Part shown: in pieces, positions 1 to 7,126 of the stretch
Layout of the letters: each line of letters begins with the position of its first letter
Position numbering within the stretch: position 1 is the stretch's first letter
Assembly (NCBI GenBank): GCA_038046245.1
Contig: JBBSWO010000001.1
Span: 76,761-140,760, forward strand
Direction: 5' to 3'
DNA length: 64,000 nucleotides
Source: Nanobdellota archaeon
GTDB lineage: Archaea; Nanobdellota; Nanobdellia; Pacearchaeales; GW2011-AR1
Position numbers and translations under genes: made by a program
The notes under the pieces: generated by a model
The model's database searches: none
Told to the model about the DNA's origin: nothing
Seen by the model: the letters and a program-made list of their open reading frames with translations, nothing else

Positions 1-483
1 TTATCAGCACAAACACTTGCAAGTTTAAAGGAAAAAGATTTGCCCCTAAAATTCTTCGCAATAGGAAAATGCTTCAGGAATGAAACACTTGATTGGAAAC
101 ACGGCTTTGAATTCAACCAAACAGAAGGAATTGTCGTCGCTGAAAATGTAAACTTCAGGCATTTGCTTGGCTATTTGAAAATATTCTTCAAGAAAATGGG
201 ATTTGAAAAGATAAGGATGAGGCCTTCATATTTCCCATACACAGAACCAAGTGTTGAAATTGATGTGTGGCATCCTGAAAAGAAAACCTGGCTTGAATTA
301 GGCGGAGCAGGAATTTTCAGGCCAGAAGTTACGATCCCCCTTCTAGGAAAACACATTCCAATTCTAGCCTGGGGCCCTGGATTTGACAGAATATTGATGG
401 ATTATTACCAAGTCAAAGACCTAAGAGAACTTTACAAGAATGATATAAACCAATTAAGAAAAACAAAAATTTGGATGAGATAA
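1..483 (+). CDS. pheS: Phenylalanyl-tRNA synthetase alpha subunit, C-terminal part (5' end outside window)
   Basis: Frame is open from nt 1 (track starts it at an internal TTG at 40). Class II aaRS core motifs FRNE..D..H..EF.Q.EG, GAGIFRPEV, GPGFDR. pheT lies 0.4 kb downstream. Confidence 0.9.
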   Translation, partial: LSAQTLASLKEKDLPLKFFAIGKCFRNETLDWKHGFEFNQTEGIVVAENVNFRHLLGYLKIFFKKMGFEKIRMRPSYFPYTEPSVEIDVWHPEKKTWLELGGAGIFRPEVTIPLLGKHIPILAWGPGFDRILMDYYQVKDLRELYKNDINQLRKTKIWMR

Positions 484-484
484 A

Positions 485-607
485 ATGGAAAAAATAGAAC
501 AAAAGCTGGATGAGATGAAAGATGTTTTGGAAAGTCTGGAGGAAACAATAAACAACAAATTTGATGAATTAATCCAAGTGCTAAAGGAGAGAAAAATAAA
601 TGACTAA
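485..607 (+). CDS. 40-aa hypothetical coiled-coil peptide (below ORF-track cutoff)
   Basis: ATG 2 nt after the pheS stop: MEKIEQKLDEMKDVLESLEETINNKFDELIQVLKERKIND. Its stop overlaps the next ORF start by 8 nt (operon-like packing). No family recognised. Confidence 0.3.
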   Translation: MEKIEQKLDEMKDVLESLEETINNKFDELIQVLKERKIND

Positions 608-863
608 AAAGATAATCCACTTAGACAAAGAAATTTTTGAAAGGGTTAAGCAGAAAAAAAAGAACTTTGAAGTCAGGTTAGGGAATAAAGATATTAACGA
701 AGGAGACAAATTGATAATAATCCAAAGAGATGAAAAAGGGACGCCAACAAAAAATTATATTGTAAGAAAAGCAGGGCATATTGAATTAACTAAAGAGATG
801 GGTCATTGGTCTGAGGAAGACAAAAATAAATTTGGATTTAAAATAATCCAATTGGAAGATTAA
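600..863 (+). CDS. ASCH / DUF3850-like PUA-fold small protein
   Basis: 87 aa. The pattern IHLDKEIFERVKQKKKNFEVRLGNKDINEGDKLIIIQ resembles the ASCH/DUF3850 N-terminus (h.L.i....F..v..G.KtfEiR.ndrd..vGD). Sits between pheS and pheT. Confidence 0.55.
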   Translation: MTKKIIHLDKEIFERVKQKKKNFEVRLGNKDINEGDKLIIIQRDEKGTPTKNYIVRKAGHIELTKEMGHWSEEDKNKFGFKIIQLED

Positions 864-867
864 AAAC

Positions 868-2514
868 ATGGCACTAATAACGTTAAACAGAAAAAAATTC
901 GAGAGTGAGATAGGAAAGCTTGATGACAGCATGCAAAACAAAGTTGCAATGTTTGGAACTCCGTTGGAAAACATAAATAATGAAACATTAGAAATTGAAA
1001 TTTTTCCAAACAGGCCAGATTTGCTTTCTTATGAAGGATACAAAAAAGCATTTCTTGCTTTTCTTGGGAAAAAAACAGGCCTTAAAGGGTACAAGATAAA
1101 CAAGCCAGAAAAAGATTACAAAGTTCTGATAGACTCTTCTGTTAAAGAGATAAGACCTTTTACAGCATGCGCAATAATAAAAGACTTAGAGTTAGACGAC
1201 GAAAAGATAAAAGAGATAATTGATTTACAAGAAAAACTCCACATAACTTTGGGGAGAAAAAGAAAGAAATTAGCTGTAGGAATTTATCCTCTTGAAAAAA
1301 TAAAACTTCCGATAACATACAAAGCTTTAGAACCTGACAAAATAAAATTCATTCCTCTAGAAAGCAACAAAGAGATGTCCGGACTCGAGATTCTTCAAAA
1401 ACATCCGGCTGGAAAAGAATATGCAAAATTGCTTGCAGGAAAAATAAAATTCCCTATTTTTACAGATGCTGAGAACAAAATTTTAAGCATGCCTCCAATA
1501 ATAAATTCTGAACTGACTGGTAAGGTGACTGAAAAAACAAAAAATGTTTTTATAGAATGTTCTGGGTTTGATTTAGAAATCCTGAAAAAATGCCTTAATA
1601 TAATTGTTTCAACGCTTGGAGATATGGGTGGAAAGATCTACCAAATGGAACTTCAGTATAAAAATAAAGAAGTGACTCCAAACCTTGCTCCTGAAAAAAT
1701 GAAAATATCTCTGGAAAATACAAACAAACTTTTGGGTCTTGATCTTAAGGAAAAAGAAATAAAAAATCTTCTGGAAAAGATGGGCCATAATTACAACAAA
1801 GGAATAGTGGAAATTCCATCGTGGAGGATTGACATATTGCATGAAGTTGATTTGATCGAAGAGATAGCAATAGCTTACGGTTATGAAAACTTTGAACCAA
1901 TACTGCCAGAGATATCAACAATAGGGGAGGAAGACCAAAAAGAAGTGATAAAAAGAAAAATATCTGAAATAATTCAGGGACTAAGAATTCTTGAGGTTTC
2001 AAACTATCATCTTACAACTAAAAAGGACCAATTGATGAGAGCCGATTTTTCTGAAAAACAAGAAAAAGAATTGATAGAACTCAAAGACTCAAAAACAGAG
2101 TATAACATTTTAAGAAAGGACTTGAGCCATTATCTTTTGAAAAATCTCTCTGAAAATGTGGACGTTGAATATCCTCAGAAAATATTTGAAATTGGGAAAG
2201 TTTTTGAAAATAAAAATGAAATAGTTGAAACTACAAATCTAGCACTAGCAGTTTCTCCAGGAAATTTCACAGAGACAAAACAGATTATTGAATATGTTTT
2301 CAAAATGCTTGGCATAAAGATTGAATGCAAAGAACCAACCACAATCCCCCCGCATTTTATAGAAGGAAGATGTGCCGAAATAAGAATGGACAACCAACCG
2401 CTGGGCTTCCTCGGAGAGGTTCATCCAAAAATTCTTGACGGCTTAAAGATCAGGATGCCAGTAGCAATGTTTGAAATTGATCTAGAAAAAATCCTGAAAG
2501 CTTTTCTTAACTAA
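868..2514 (+). CDS. pheT: Phenylalanyl-tRNA synthetase beta subunit (archaeal type)
   Basis: 548 aa, the archaeal/eukaryotic PheRS-beta length. N-terminal LITLNRK..FE..IG, B3/4- and B5-like regions. Adjacent to pheS. Confidence 0.9.
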   Translation: MALITLNRKKFESEIGKLDDSMQNKVAMFGTPLENINNETLEIEIFPNRPDLLSYEGYKKAFLAFLGKKTGLKGYKINKPEKDYKVLIDSSVKEIRPFTACAIIKDLELDDEKIKEIIDLQEKLHITLGRKRKKLAVGIYPLEKIKLPITYKALEPDKIKFIPLESNKEMSGLEILQKHPAGKEYAKLLAGKIKFPIFTDAENKILSMPPIINSELTGKVTEKTKNVFIECSGFDLEILKKCLNIIVSTLGDMGGKIYQMELQYKNKEVTPNLAPEKMKISLENTNKLLGLDLKEKEIKNLLEKMGHNYNKGIVEIPSWRIDILHEVDLIEEIAIAYGYENFEPILPEISTIGEEDQKEVIKRKISEIIQGLRILEVSNYHLTTKKDQLMRADFSEKQEKELIELKDSKTEYNILRKDLSHYLLKNLSENVDVEYPQKIFEIGKVFENKNEIVETTNLALAVSPGNFTETKQIIEYVFKMLGIKIECKEPTTIPPHFIEGRCAEIRMDNQPLGFLGEVHPKILDGLKIRMPVAMFEIDLEKILKAFLN

Positions 2515-3562
2515 AGGTGTAATTATACAATCCTTGAACCTGCATTGCTGTCAAAGCTTGGTTGAATATCATGACTTCATCCATTGACCCTCTAAAGAAA
2601 CTACCAACACCGTTCGCGCCTATATATCGGTTAGAATGCCCTATCCACAAAGGGTCTGGAGAATCACCGATAGGACTATAAACATTAGCCGAACAACTCC
2701 CGGCCCCATTGACATAAATGCATTTCACAGTTCCATTATAAGTTGCAACCGTCTGTTTCCAAACTTCAGGATCATAATAATTGAATTGTAATTGGTTATT
2801 TGCAATTCTAATAAACATATCTACATTAAAACCAAAAGAGAATTGATACCCCGGATAAATTCCACTTTCTAAAGGAGTTTTAACCACTATAGGACGATCT
2901 GCTCCAAAATCAATTTCATTTACCCAAGCAGCAATTGTAATTCCATTTTGAGGGTCTAAACTACCGCTTGGATTGTCTGAAACATTTATGTATGAAGCTC
3001 CACTAAAGTTTGCAGCATTTCCGAATTTTCCGTTAACATAACCAGGAGTTCCAACCCAAGCTCCGTTATTTCCCCCCACCGCATCATTAGGATTTCCTTC
3101 AAATCTCCACCAGGAAACCAGTCCTAAATTTTGAAGCATTTCAGCGTCAGTATATGTTTTTGTTACAGGATTTCCTGAAGCGCCAGAATCCAAGACGGGA
3201 AGTATAGATATCTGTTTGACAATTCCTGTGTAGGGAAGGCTAAACGTTCTAGTTCCCAGTTCATCTAATCCAGGATTTACCATCGGGAAAGTCTGCGAGC
3301 TTGCCCCGTTGGAAACAATAAAATTAAACGACTTGATTGTTCCAGATCCGACATCTCTCTTTACAACTACATCCAGAGTCGTAGGATTTATTACAACTTT
3401 TTGTATTTCAAGATTGATTGTAAACTTCCCTAAAGAGATCTCCTGCGATCCGCTATCTACTACATTTCTTACTACAATCCAAACAGCCATTATAGCAACT
3501 AGAGAAACAAGTATTATGATTAATGTAGTGATTATCTCCGACATCCCCTTTTTATCCATCAA
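2507..3562 (-). CDS. Archaeal type IV pilin-like protein with C-terminal LamG/concanavalin-A-like lectin domain
   Basis: N-terminus MMDKKG/MSEIITTLIIILVSLVAI looks like a class III (prepilin-type) signal peptide. The C-terminal ~200 aa carry LamG-like strings (WWRFEGNPNDAVGGNNG, GKFGNAANFSG, FRGSMDEVMIFNQAL). Confidence 0.6.
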   Translation of the reverse strand: MMDKKGMSEIITTLIIILVSLVAIMAVWIVVRNVVDSGSQEISLGKFTINLEIQKVVINPTTLDVVVKRDVGSGTIKSFNFIVSNGASSQTFPMVNPGLDELGTRTFSLPYTGIVKQISILPVLDSGASGNPVTKTYTDAEMLQNLGLVSWWRFEGNPNDAVGGNNGAWVGTPGYVNGKFGNAANFSGASYINVSDNPSGSLDPQNGITIAAWVNEIDFGADRPIVVKTPLESGIYPGYQFSFGFNVDMFIRIANNQLQFNYYDPEVWKQTVATYNGTVKCIYVNGAGSCSANVYSPIGDSPDPLWIGHSNRYIGANGVGSFFRGSMDEVMIFNQALTAMQVQGLYNYTFS

Positions 3563-3600
3563 GAATATAGTGAAATAAGATTTATAATACTTACCAAAAA

Positions 3601-3673
3601 AGCCTGAGCCGAGGATTGAACTCGGGACCTCTACCTTACCAAGGTAACGCTCTACCGACTGAGCTACTCAGGC
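3601..3673 (-). tRNA. tRNA-Thr (anticodon GGU)
   Basis: Hand-folded cloverleaf, 73 nt: GCCTGAG TA GCTC AGTCGGTA GAGC G TTACC TTGGTAA GGTAG AGGTC CCGAG TTCAATC CTCGG CTCAGGC T. No encoded CCA; followed by a T-run. Confidence 0.9.
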
Positions 3674-3702
3674 ATAAATAACAAAATTCCATGCAAAAAC
3701 TA

Positions 3703-3711
3703 TTTTATAAA
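3703..3711 (-). promoter_or_regulatory. TATA-box-like element upstream of tRNA-Thr
   Basis: TTTATAAAA on the minus strand, 30-38 nt upstream of the tRNA 5' end. Confidence 0.35.
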
Positions 3712-3754
3712 CCTTACACTAGTTCAAAAGAATTATAATAAAATAAGAATAAAA

Positions 3755-4075
3755 TTATCTTTTAGCTCTTCCCATAAACAGGAAAACCAGCAGAACAATA
3801 AGCAATGCCACAGCAACAAATCCGGTAAGTATGGCAAGTATCCAGAAGGATTGCTGCACAACTACATCACTTGAACTGCTTGCTATGACTGTTGAAAGGA
3901 CAAACAAGACTGCAAACAAAATAAGATTCTTAACAACCATCCTCATTCTGTTTCTTCTTGGAGCTTCCTGAGCTCCAGCAATTGTCCTACCTGCCTGTGT
4001 GAGTGCCCTAGCCTCTCTTACAGTTCTTCCAGCAGATTTCCTAACTCCTTTTCTTCTCACTCTTTTTTTTGCCAT
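3755..4075 (-). CDS. Hypothetical membrane protein (Arg/Lys-rich N-terminus, two TM helices)
   Basis: 106 aa. MAKKRVRRKGVRKSAGR... is followed by two long hydrophobic segments. No family recognised. Confidence 0.5.
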   Translation of the reverse strand: MAKKRVRRKGVRKSAGRTVREARALTQAGRTIAGAQEAPRRNRMRMVVKNLILFAVLFVLSTVIASSSSDVVVQQSFWILAILTGFVAVALLIVLLVFLFMGRAKR

Positions 4076-4205
4076 GATTATGATTTATGAAAAACAATCA
4101 ATATTAATTAGTATCAATTCCCATTTTATCCATCACTATCTCCTTCCATCTTAACCTCCATTTGGAAAGTCCATATTCATTCTAATACTTTCATCTTTTT
4201 AAATA

Positions 4206-4403
4206 TTACTCAGGATTCCAATCCATTCCTACAGCATGCCCTGTTATTGAAACGATATTCAAAGAAATTTTCTCAACAAATTTAATCCACAAACCACCAA
4301 ACTCCTGAAATTTTCCATGCTCGCCAAGATTCAGATTATTGTTGCTTATTATTAATAAAGCAGACAAGACGAAAAACATGAATATCAACATTAAGAATTT
4401 CAT
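4206..4403 (-). CDS. Small membrane protein, paralog of the upstream gene (C-terminal ITxxAVxMDWN motif)
   Basis: 65 aa. N-terminal TM helix, then NLNLG...G.W......N..SITGHAVGMDWNPE. Its start overlaps the stop of 4400..4711 (ATGA). Confidence 0.5.
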   Translation of the reverse strand: MKFLMLIFMFFVLSALLIISNNNLNLGEHGKFQEFGGLWIKFVEKISLNIVSITGHAVGMDWNPE

Positions 4404-4711
4404 TTTCCAGTTGTACTGTTATTGTTGTTCCAATCCATTCTAACAGCGTTGGCAGTTATTGTTTTAAGATTACCAAAAAGATGCCCAAGCCAGCCAAAAT
4501 ACAAGCCCACAGCTTTGACCATCCCCGAAGTTGAACCCAAGTCAACATTCTGACCTTTAATCGCGGTTGTAAAACTAAAATAAGTAAACAGTATCAACGC
4601 TATCAGAAATATTGCAAAAATTTTGTGCCTGGCTCTTTTGAATTCCAAGGTAATCCATATAGCGGCTATCAGGACAATTATTATGAATATAGTAGCTCCA
4701 AGTGCCATCAA
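4400..4711 (-). CDS. Small membrane protein (two TM helices, C-terminal ITxxAVxMDWN motif)
   Basis: 103 aa. The C-terminal half NVDLG..G....G.YFGWLGHLFGNLKTITANAVRMDWNNN aligns with the 65-aa neighbour. Confidence 0.55.
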   Translation of the reverse strand: MMALGATIFIIIVLIAAIWITLEFKRARHKIFAIFLIALILFTYFSFTTAIKGQNVDLGSTSGMVKAVGLYFGWLGHLFGNLKTITANAVRMDWNNNNSTTGK

Positions 4712-4762
4712 TAATTAAACAACAAGTTGTATAAAAACATTTCTTTATTGAAAAATAAATAA

Positions 4763-4770
4763 GTTTAAAA
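4763..4770 (+). promoter_or_regulatory. TATA-box-like element upstream of tRNA-Gln
   Basis: GTTTAAAA, 24-31 nt upstream of the tRNA 5' end. Confidence 0.35.
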
Positions 4771-4793
4771 CAGGCAAATAAAATATATTATAA

Positions 4794-4883
4794 AGCCCCA
4801 TAGTACAGCGGTCAAGTATATAGCCCTCTGGAGTAATTGCACAGAGTAAGGCTGTGACCCAGGTTCGAATCCTGGTGGGGCTA
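4794..4883 (+). tRNA. tRNA-Gln (anticodon CUG) with 17-nt intron at the canonical 37/38 position (intron 4832..4848)
   Basis: AGCCCCA TA GTAC AGCGGTCAA GTAT A TAGCC CTCTGG [agtaattgcacagagta] A GGCTG TGAC CCAGG TTCGAAT CCTGG TGGGGCT A. A1-U72 pair is typical of archaeal tRNA-Gln. Anticodon loop CTCTG pairs with intron CAGAG. Confidence 0.85.
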
Positions 4884-4970
4884 TAACTCATCGAGTGAAA
4901 CGAGAGAGTTAATCTTCATCAGAAGATTTGCGGCTGCTGGAACTCCTAGAAACCCGCAGGAGGTTTGTAG

Positions 4971-4989
4971 GAATCCTGGTGGGGCTATA
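4971..4989 (+). repeat. Perfect 19-nt direct copy of the tRNA-Gln 3' end (copy of 4867..4885)
   Basis: GAATCCTGGTGGGGCTATA occurs at 4867-4885 (T-loop/T-stem/acceptor/discriminator + 2 nt) and again at 4971-4989. Confidence 0.85.
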
Positions 4990-5031
4990 GATATTCTAAT
5001 AATTTATATAGTGTTTTGGCTATAAAGCTAA

Positions 5032-5640
5032 ATGGTAGACATAATAAACATAGCCCTTCATCTTGACAAATATTTAGGAACAATACTTACCACATACGGC
5101 GGTTTCATCTACCTGATACTTTTCTTAATAATATTCTTTGAAACAGGATTAGTTTTAACTCCCTTTCTCCCAGGAGATTCACTCATATTCATCGCAGGAA
5201 TTTTCGCCGGAGGGGGTTTGCTTAATGTATTTCTTCTATTCGTAATTTTCACTTCTGCAGCAATAATAGGAGATACAGTGAACTATTGGCTCGGAGGTTA
5301 TTTCGGAACAAAGTTTTTTGCCAAGCACATAAATCCTAAGTACATAGAAAAAACAAAACACTTTTATCATGAATACGGAGCAAAAACAATAGTCATCGCA
5401 AGATTTATTCCTGTAGTAAGAACAATAGCCCCCTTCTTAGCTGGAGTCAGCAAGATGGATTATAATAAATTTATTATATACAACATTATTGGAGCAGTAA
5501 GCTGGGTAGCAGTCTTCTTGGCCGGAGGTTACTTCCTTGGAAATATAGCATTTGTAAAGGATCACCTAAGCATAATCGTAGCCCTATTAATTGTTGTAAC
5601 AAGTATACCTCCAGTTATAGGGTATTTAAGAAGAAAATAA
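5032..5640 (+). CDS. DedA-family (SNARE-associated) membrane protein
   Basis: 202 aa, multi-TM. ETGLVLTPFLPGDSLIFIAG and ARFIPVVRTIAPFLAG are typical DedA strings. Confidence 0.8.
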   Translation: MVDIINIALHLDKYLGTILTTYGGFIYLILFLIIFFETGLVLTPFLPGDSLIFIAGIFAGGGLLNVFLLFVIFTSAAIIGDTVNYWLGGYFGTKFFAKHINPKYIEKTKHFYHEYGAKTIVIARFIPVVRTIAPFLAGVSKMDYNKFIIYNIIGAVSWVAVFLAGGYFLGNIAFVKDHLSIIVALLIVVTSIPPVIGYLRRK

Positions 5641-5796
5641 TTACAGCTTCAAGCCAAGCTGACTAGCATCTTTTATATCTTTAGTATGTTGATCCATCTC
5701 ACCGTTCAATAAGCAGTCAAAGCAAGTTTGAATAGAACCATCTTTATTTTTTACTCTTCCCGTGCCTTTACATTTTGGACAATTTTTATCTGTCAT
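5641..5796 (-). CDS. 51-aa zinc-finger peptide with DnaJ-type CxxCxGxG motif (below ORF-track cutoff)
   Basis: MTDKNCPKCKGTGRVKNKDGSIQTCFDCLLNGEMDQHTKDIKDASQLGLKL. CPKCKGTG + CFDC gives four Cys ligands. The ORF exactly fills the gap after dedA. Confidence 0.45.
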   Translation of the reverse strand: MTDKNCPKCKGTGRVKNKDGSIQTCFDCLLNGEMDQHTKDIKDASQLGLKL

Positions 5797-5887
5797 AAAA
5801 AACTAAGAAATCACCTGTATTTAAGCATTTTGTAAATATAGAATATACTAAAGTAAAACTTATATATCTCCGACACCTTAATAAAAC

Positions 5888-6139
5888 ATGGCAGAAAAGG
5901 AAATTGGCGAGGTTTCAACGTACTTTGCCCATGTAGAAGTTGCAGCAATAAAGCTTTCTGGAACTCTAAAAGTTGGAGACACAATACACATAAAGGGCAA
6001 CACAACTAATTTTGAGATAATGGTTGATGAGATACAGATTGAAAGAAAGCCTGTAAAAGAAGCGAAGAAAGGAGCCCATATTGGAATAAAGGTTTCAGAA
6101 AGAGTAAGGCCTAATGATAAGGTCTTTTTGGTAGAATAA
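5888..6139 (+). CDS. Small EF-Tu domain-2-like beta-barrel protein
   Basis: 83 aa. LKVGDTIHIKG...EIQIERKPVKEAKKGAHIGIKV resembles the translation-factor domain II barrel found as stand-alone archaeal proteins. Confidence 0.5.
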   Translation: MAEKEIGEVSTYFAHVEVAAIKLSGTLKVGDTIHIKGNTTNFEIMVDEIQIERKPVKEAKKGAHIGIKVSERVRPNDKVFLVE

Positions 6140-6196
6140 ACAACAAGCTTATAAAAGATTTTTTCTTGGATTTTTAAATAGTGAGCGAGCAATTAA

Positions 6197-6390
6197 GCCC
6201 CCGTAGTATAGAGGCCAAGTATGCCACCCTCTCAGAAATTGCTTAGAGTATAGTCGTTGAGACAATGACTCGCGTCCTCTTAGGACAAGCACTTGATTTA
6301 AGTCTCTGAAGAATTCTAAGGAGACATCTAGGCAGAGAAATCTGCTTTTAGGGAACGGTGGTGACCCGAGTTCGAATCTCGGCGGGGGCG
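6197..6390 (+). tRNA. tRNA-Glu (anticodon CUC) with ~121-nt intron (about 6235..6355)
   Basis: GCCCCCG TA GTAT AGAGGCCAA GTAT G CCACC CTCTCA [121 nt] C GGTGG TGAC CCGAG TTCGAAT CTCGG CGGGGGC G. Exons give a canonical 73-nt cloverleaf. Exact splice junctions not verified. Confidence 0.8.
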
Positions 6391-6395
6391 TTTTT
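6391..6395 (+). terminator. Oligo-T tract directly after tRNA-Glu
   Basis: TTTTT immediately follows the discriminator base. Archaeal RNAP terminates at oligo-T. Confidence 0.35.
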
Positions 6396-6510
6396 CTATT
6401 GAACTGAAAGTTCAATTTATTGATTCTCGAGATTCGAACGAGGAGAGTGAGAATCGAAGTTGGGGCGTTTTCTTAGCTTTCACCACAACAATACTTATAA
6501 TCCATTATTC

Positions 6511-7038
6511 ATGCAAAAAACCATGAAAGAAAATAACTTAGAGTTTGATAGTCAAATCTGGACTATTTTCTCAATTGGAGTTGTATCTTCTGTAATAATT
6601 CTTTACTATGTTTTATCTGGAAAAGAAAATAGCACTGGATTAAAAGCTCTAGCACTTATTTCAGGTTTTGCGATTTTAATTTACTCTTTTTGTCTAGTAC
6701 TAGGCTATCAAGTAAAACAAAAAATCGTTCAAAAAAATTCTAAATTGGAAGAAGAATTAGATAAAATATGGTATCCTAGAGCAAAATTTATGGCAGAAAT
6801 AATTTTGTTGGGTTTTATTCTTGCTTATTTTTTTGCTTTTTTTAGAATCAGCTCTGAAGAAGTTTATAACAAATTTATTAAATATTGTTACACAAGTGCC
6901 AATCAATTTTGGTGGACCTTTATCATTCCCATTCTTGTTTTAGCTATATTTATCATATTAGTCTTTATATCAAATCGTTTAAAAAATAAGGGCTGGAGAA
7001 GTTTTAAGAAATATCTCTCTGAATATATCAGGGGATAA
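6511..7038 (+). CDS. Hypothetical integral membrane protein
   Basis: Track ORF starts at a TTG (6460) inside the tRNA-flanking repeat, so I prefer ATG 6511 (MQKTMKEN...). Four hydrophobic segments; no family recognised. Confidence 0.5.
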   Translation: MQKTMKENNLEFDSQIWTIFSIGVVSSVIILYYVLSGKENSTGLKALALISGFAILIYSFCLVLGYQVKQKIVQKNSKLEEELDKIWYPRAKFMAEIILLGFILAYFFAFFRISSEEVYNKFIKYCYTSANQFWWTFIIPILVLAIFIILVFISNRLKNKGWRSFKKYLSEYIRG

Positions 7039-7126
7039 CTTTCACACCCTCAAAAACATTTATAAAACCTTTTTCCCTTTTCCCTATATAAAAAGAGGAA
7101 TTGAATTGTTTAATTCAATAATTTAA

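Noticed and set aside
4884-4989. Possible second, independent tRNA gene downstream of tRNA-Gln
   Set aside because: Only the last ~17 nt are tRNA-like. There is no 5' acceptor strand or D-arm, and the would-be T-loop (AGGTTTGTAGGAAT) is non-canonical. Kept as a repeat/structured-spacer finding instead.
6235-6355. C/D-box guide sRNA inside the tRNA-Glu intron
   Set aside because: I looked for RUGAUGA ... CUGA with a terminal stem. Only a CUGA (about 6314-6317) and a weak ATGACT are present, and the GAGAC/GTCTC stem is on the wrong side of the D-like box.
6149-6415. 88-aa minus-strand ORF
   Set aside because: Lies antisense across the tRNA-Glu gene and its intron. G+C-rich RNA genes in an AT-rich genome commonly create stop-free antisense frames. 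No motif.
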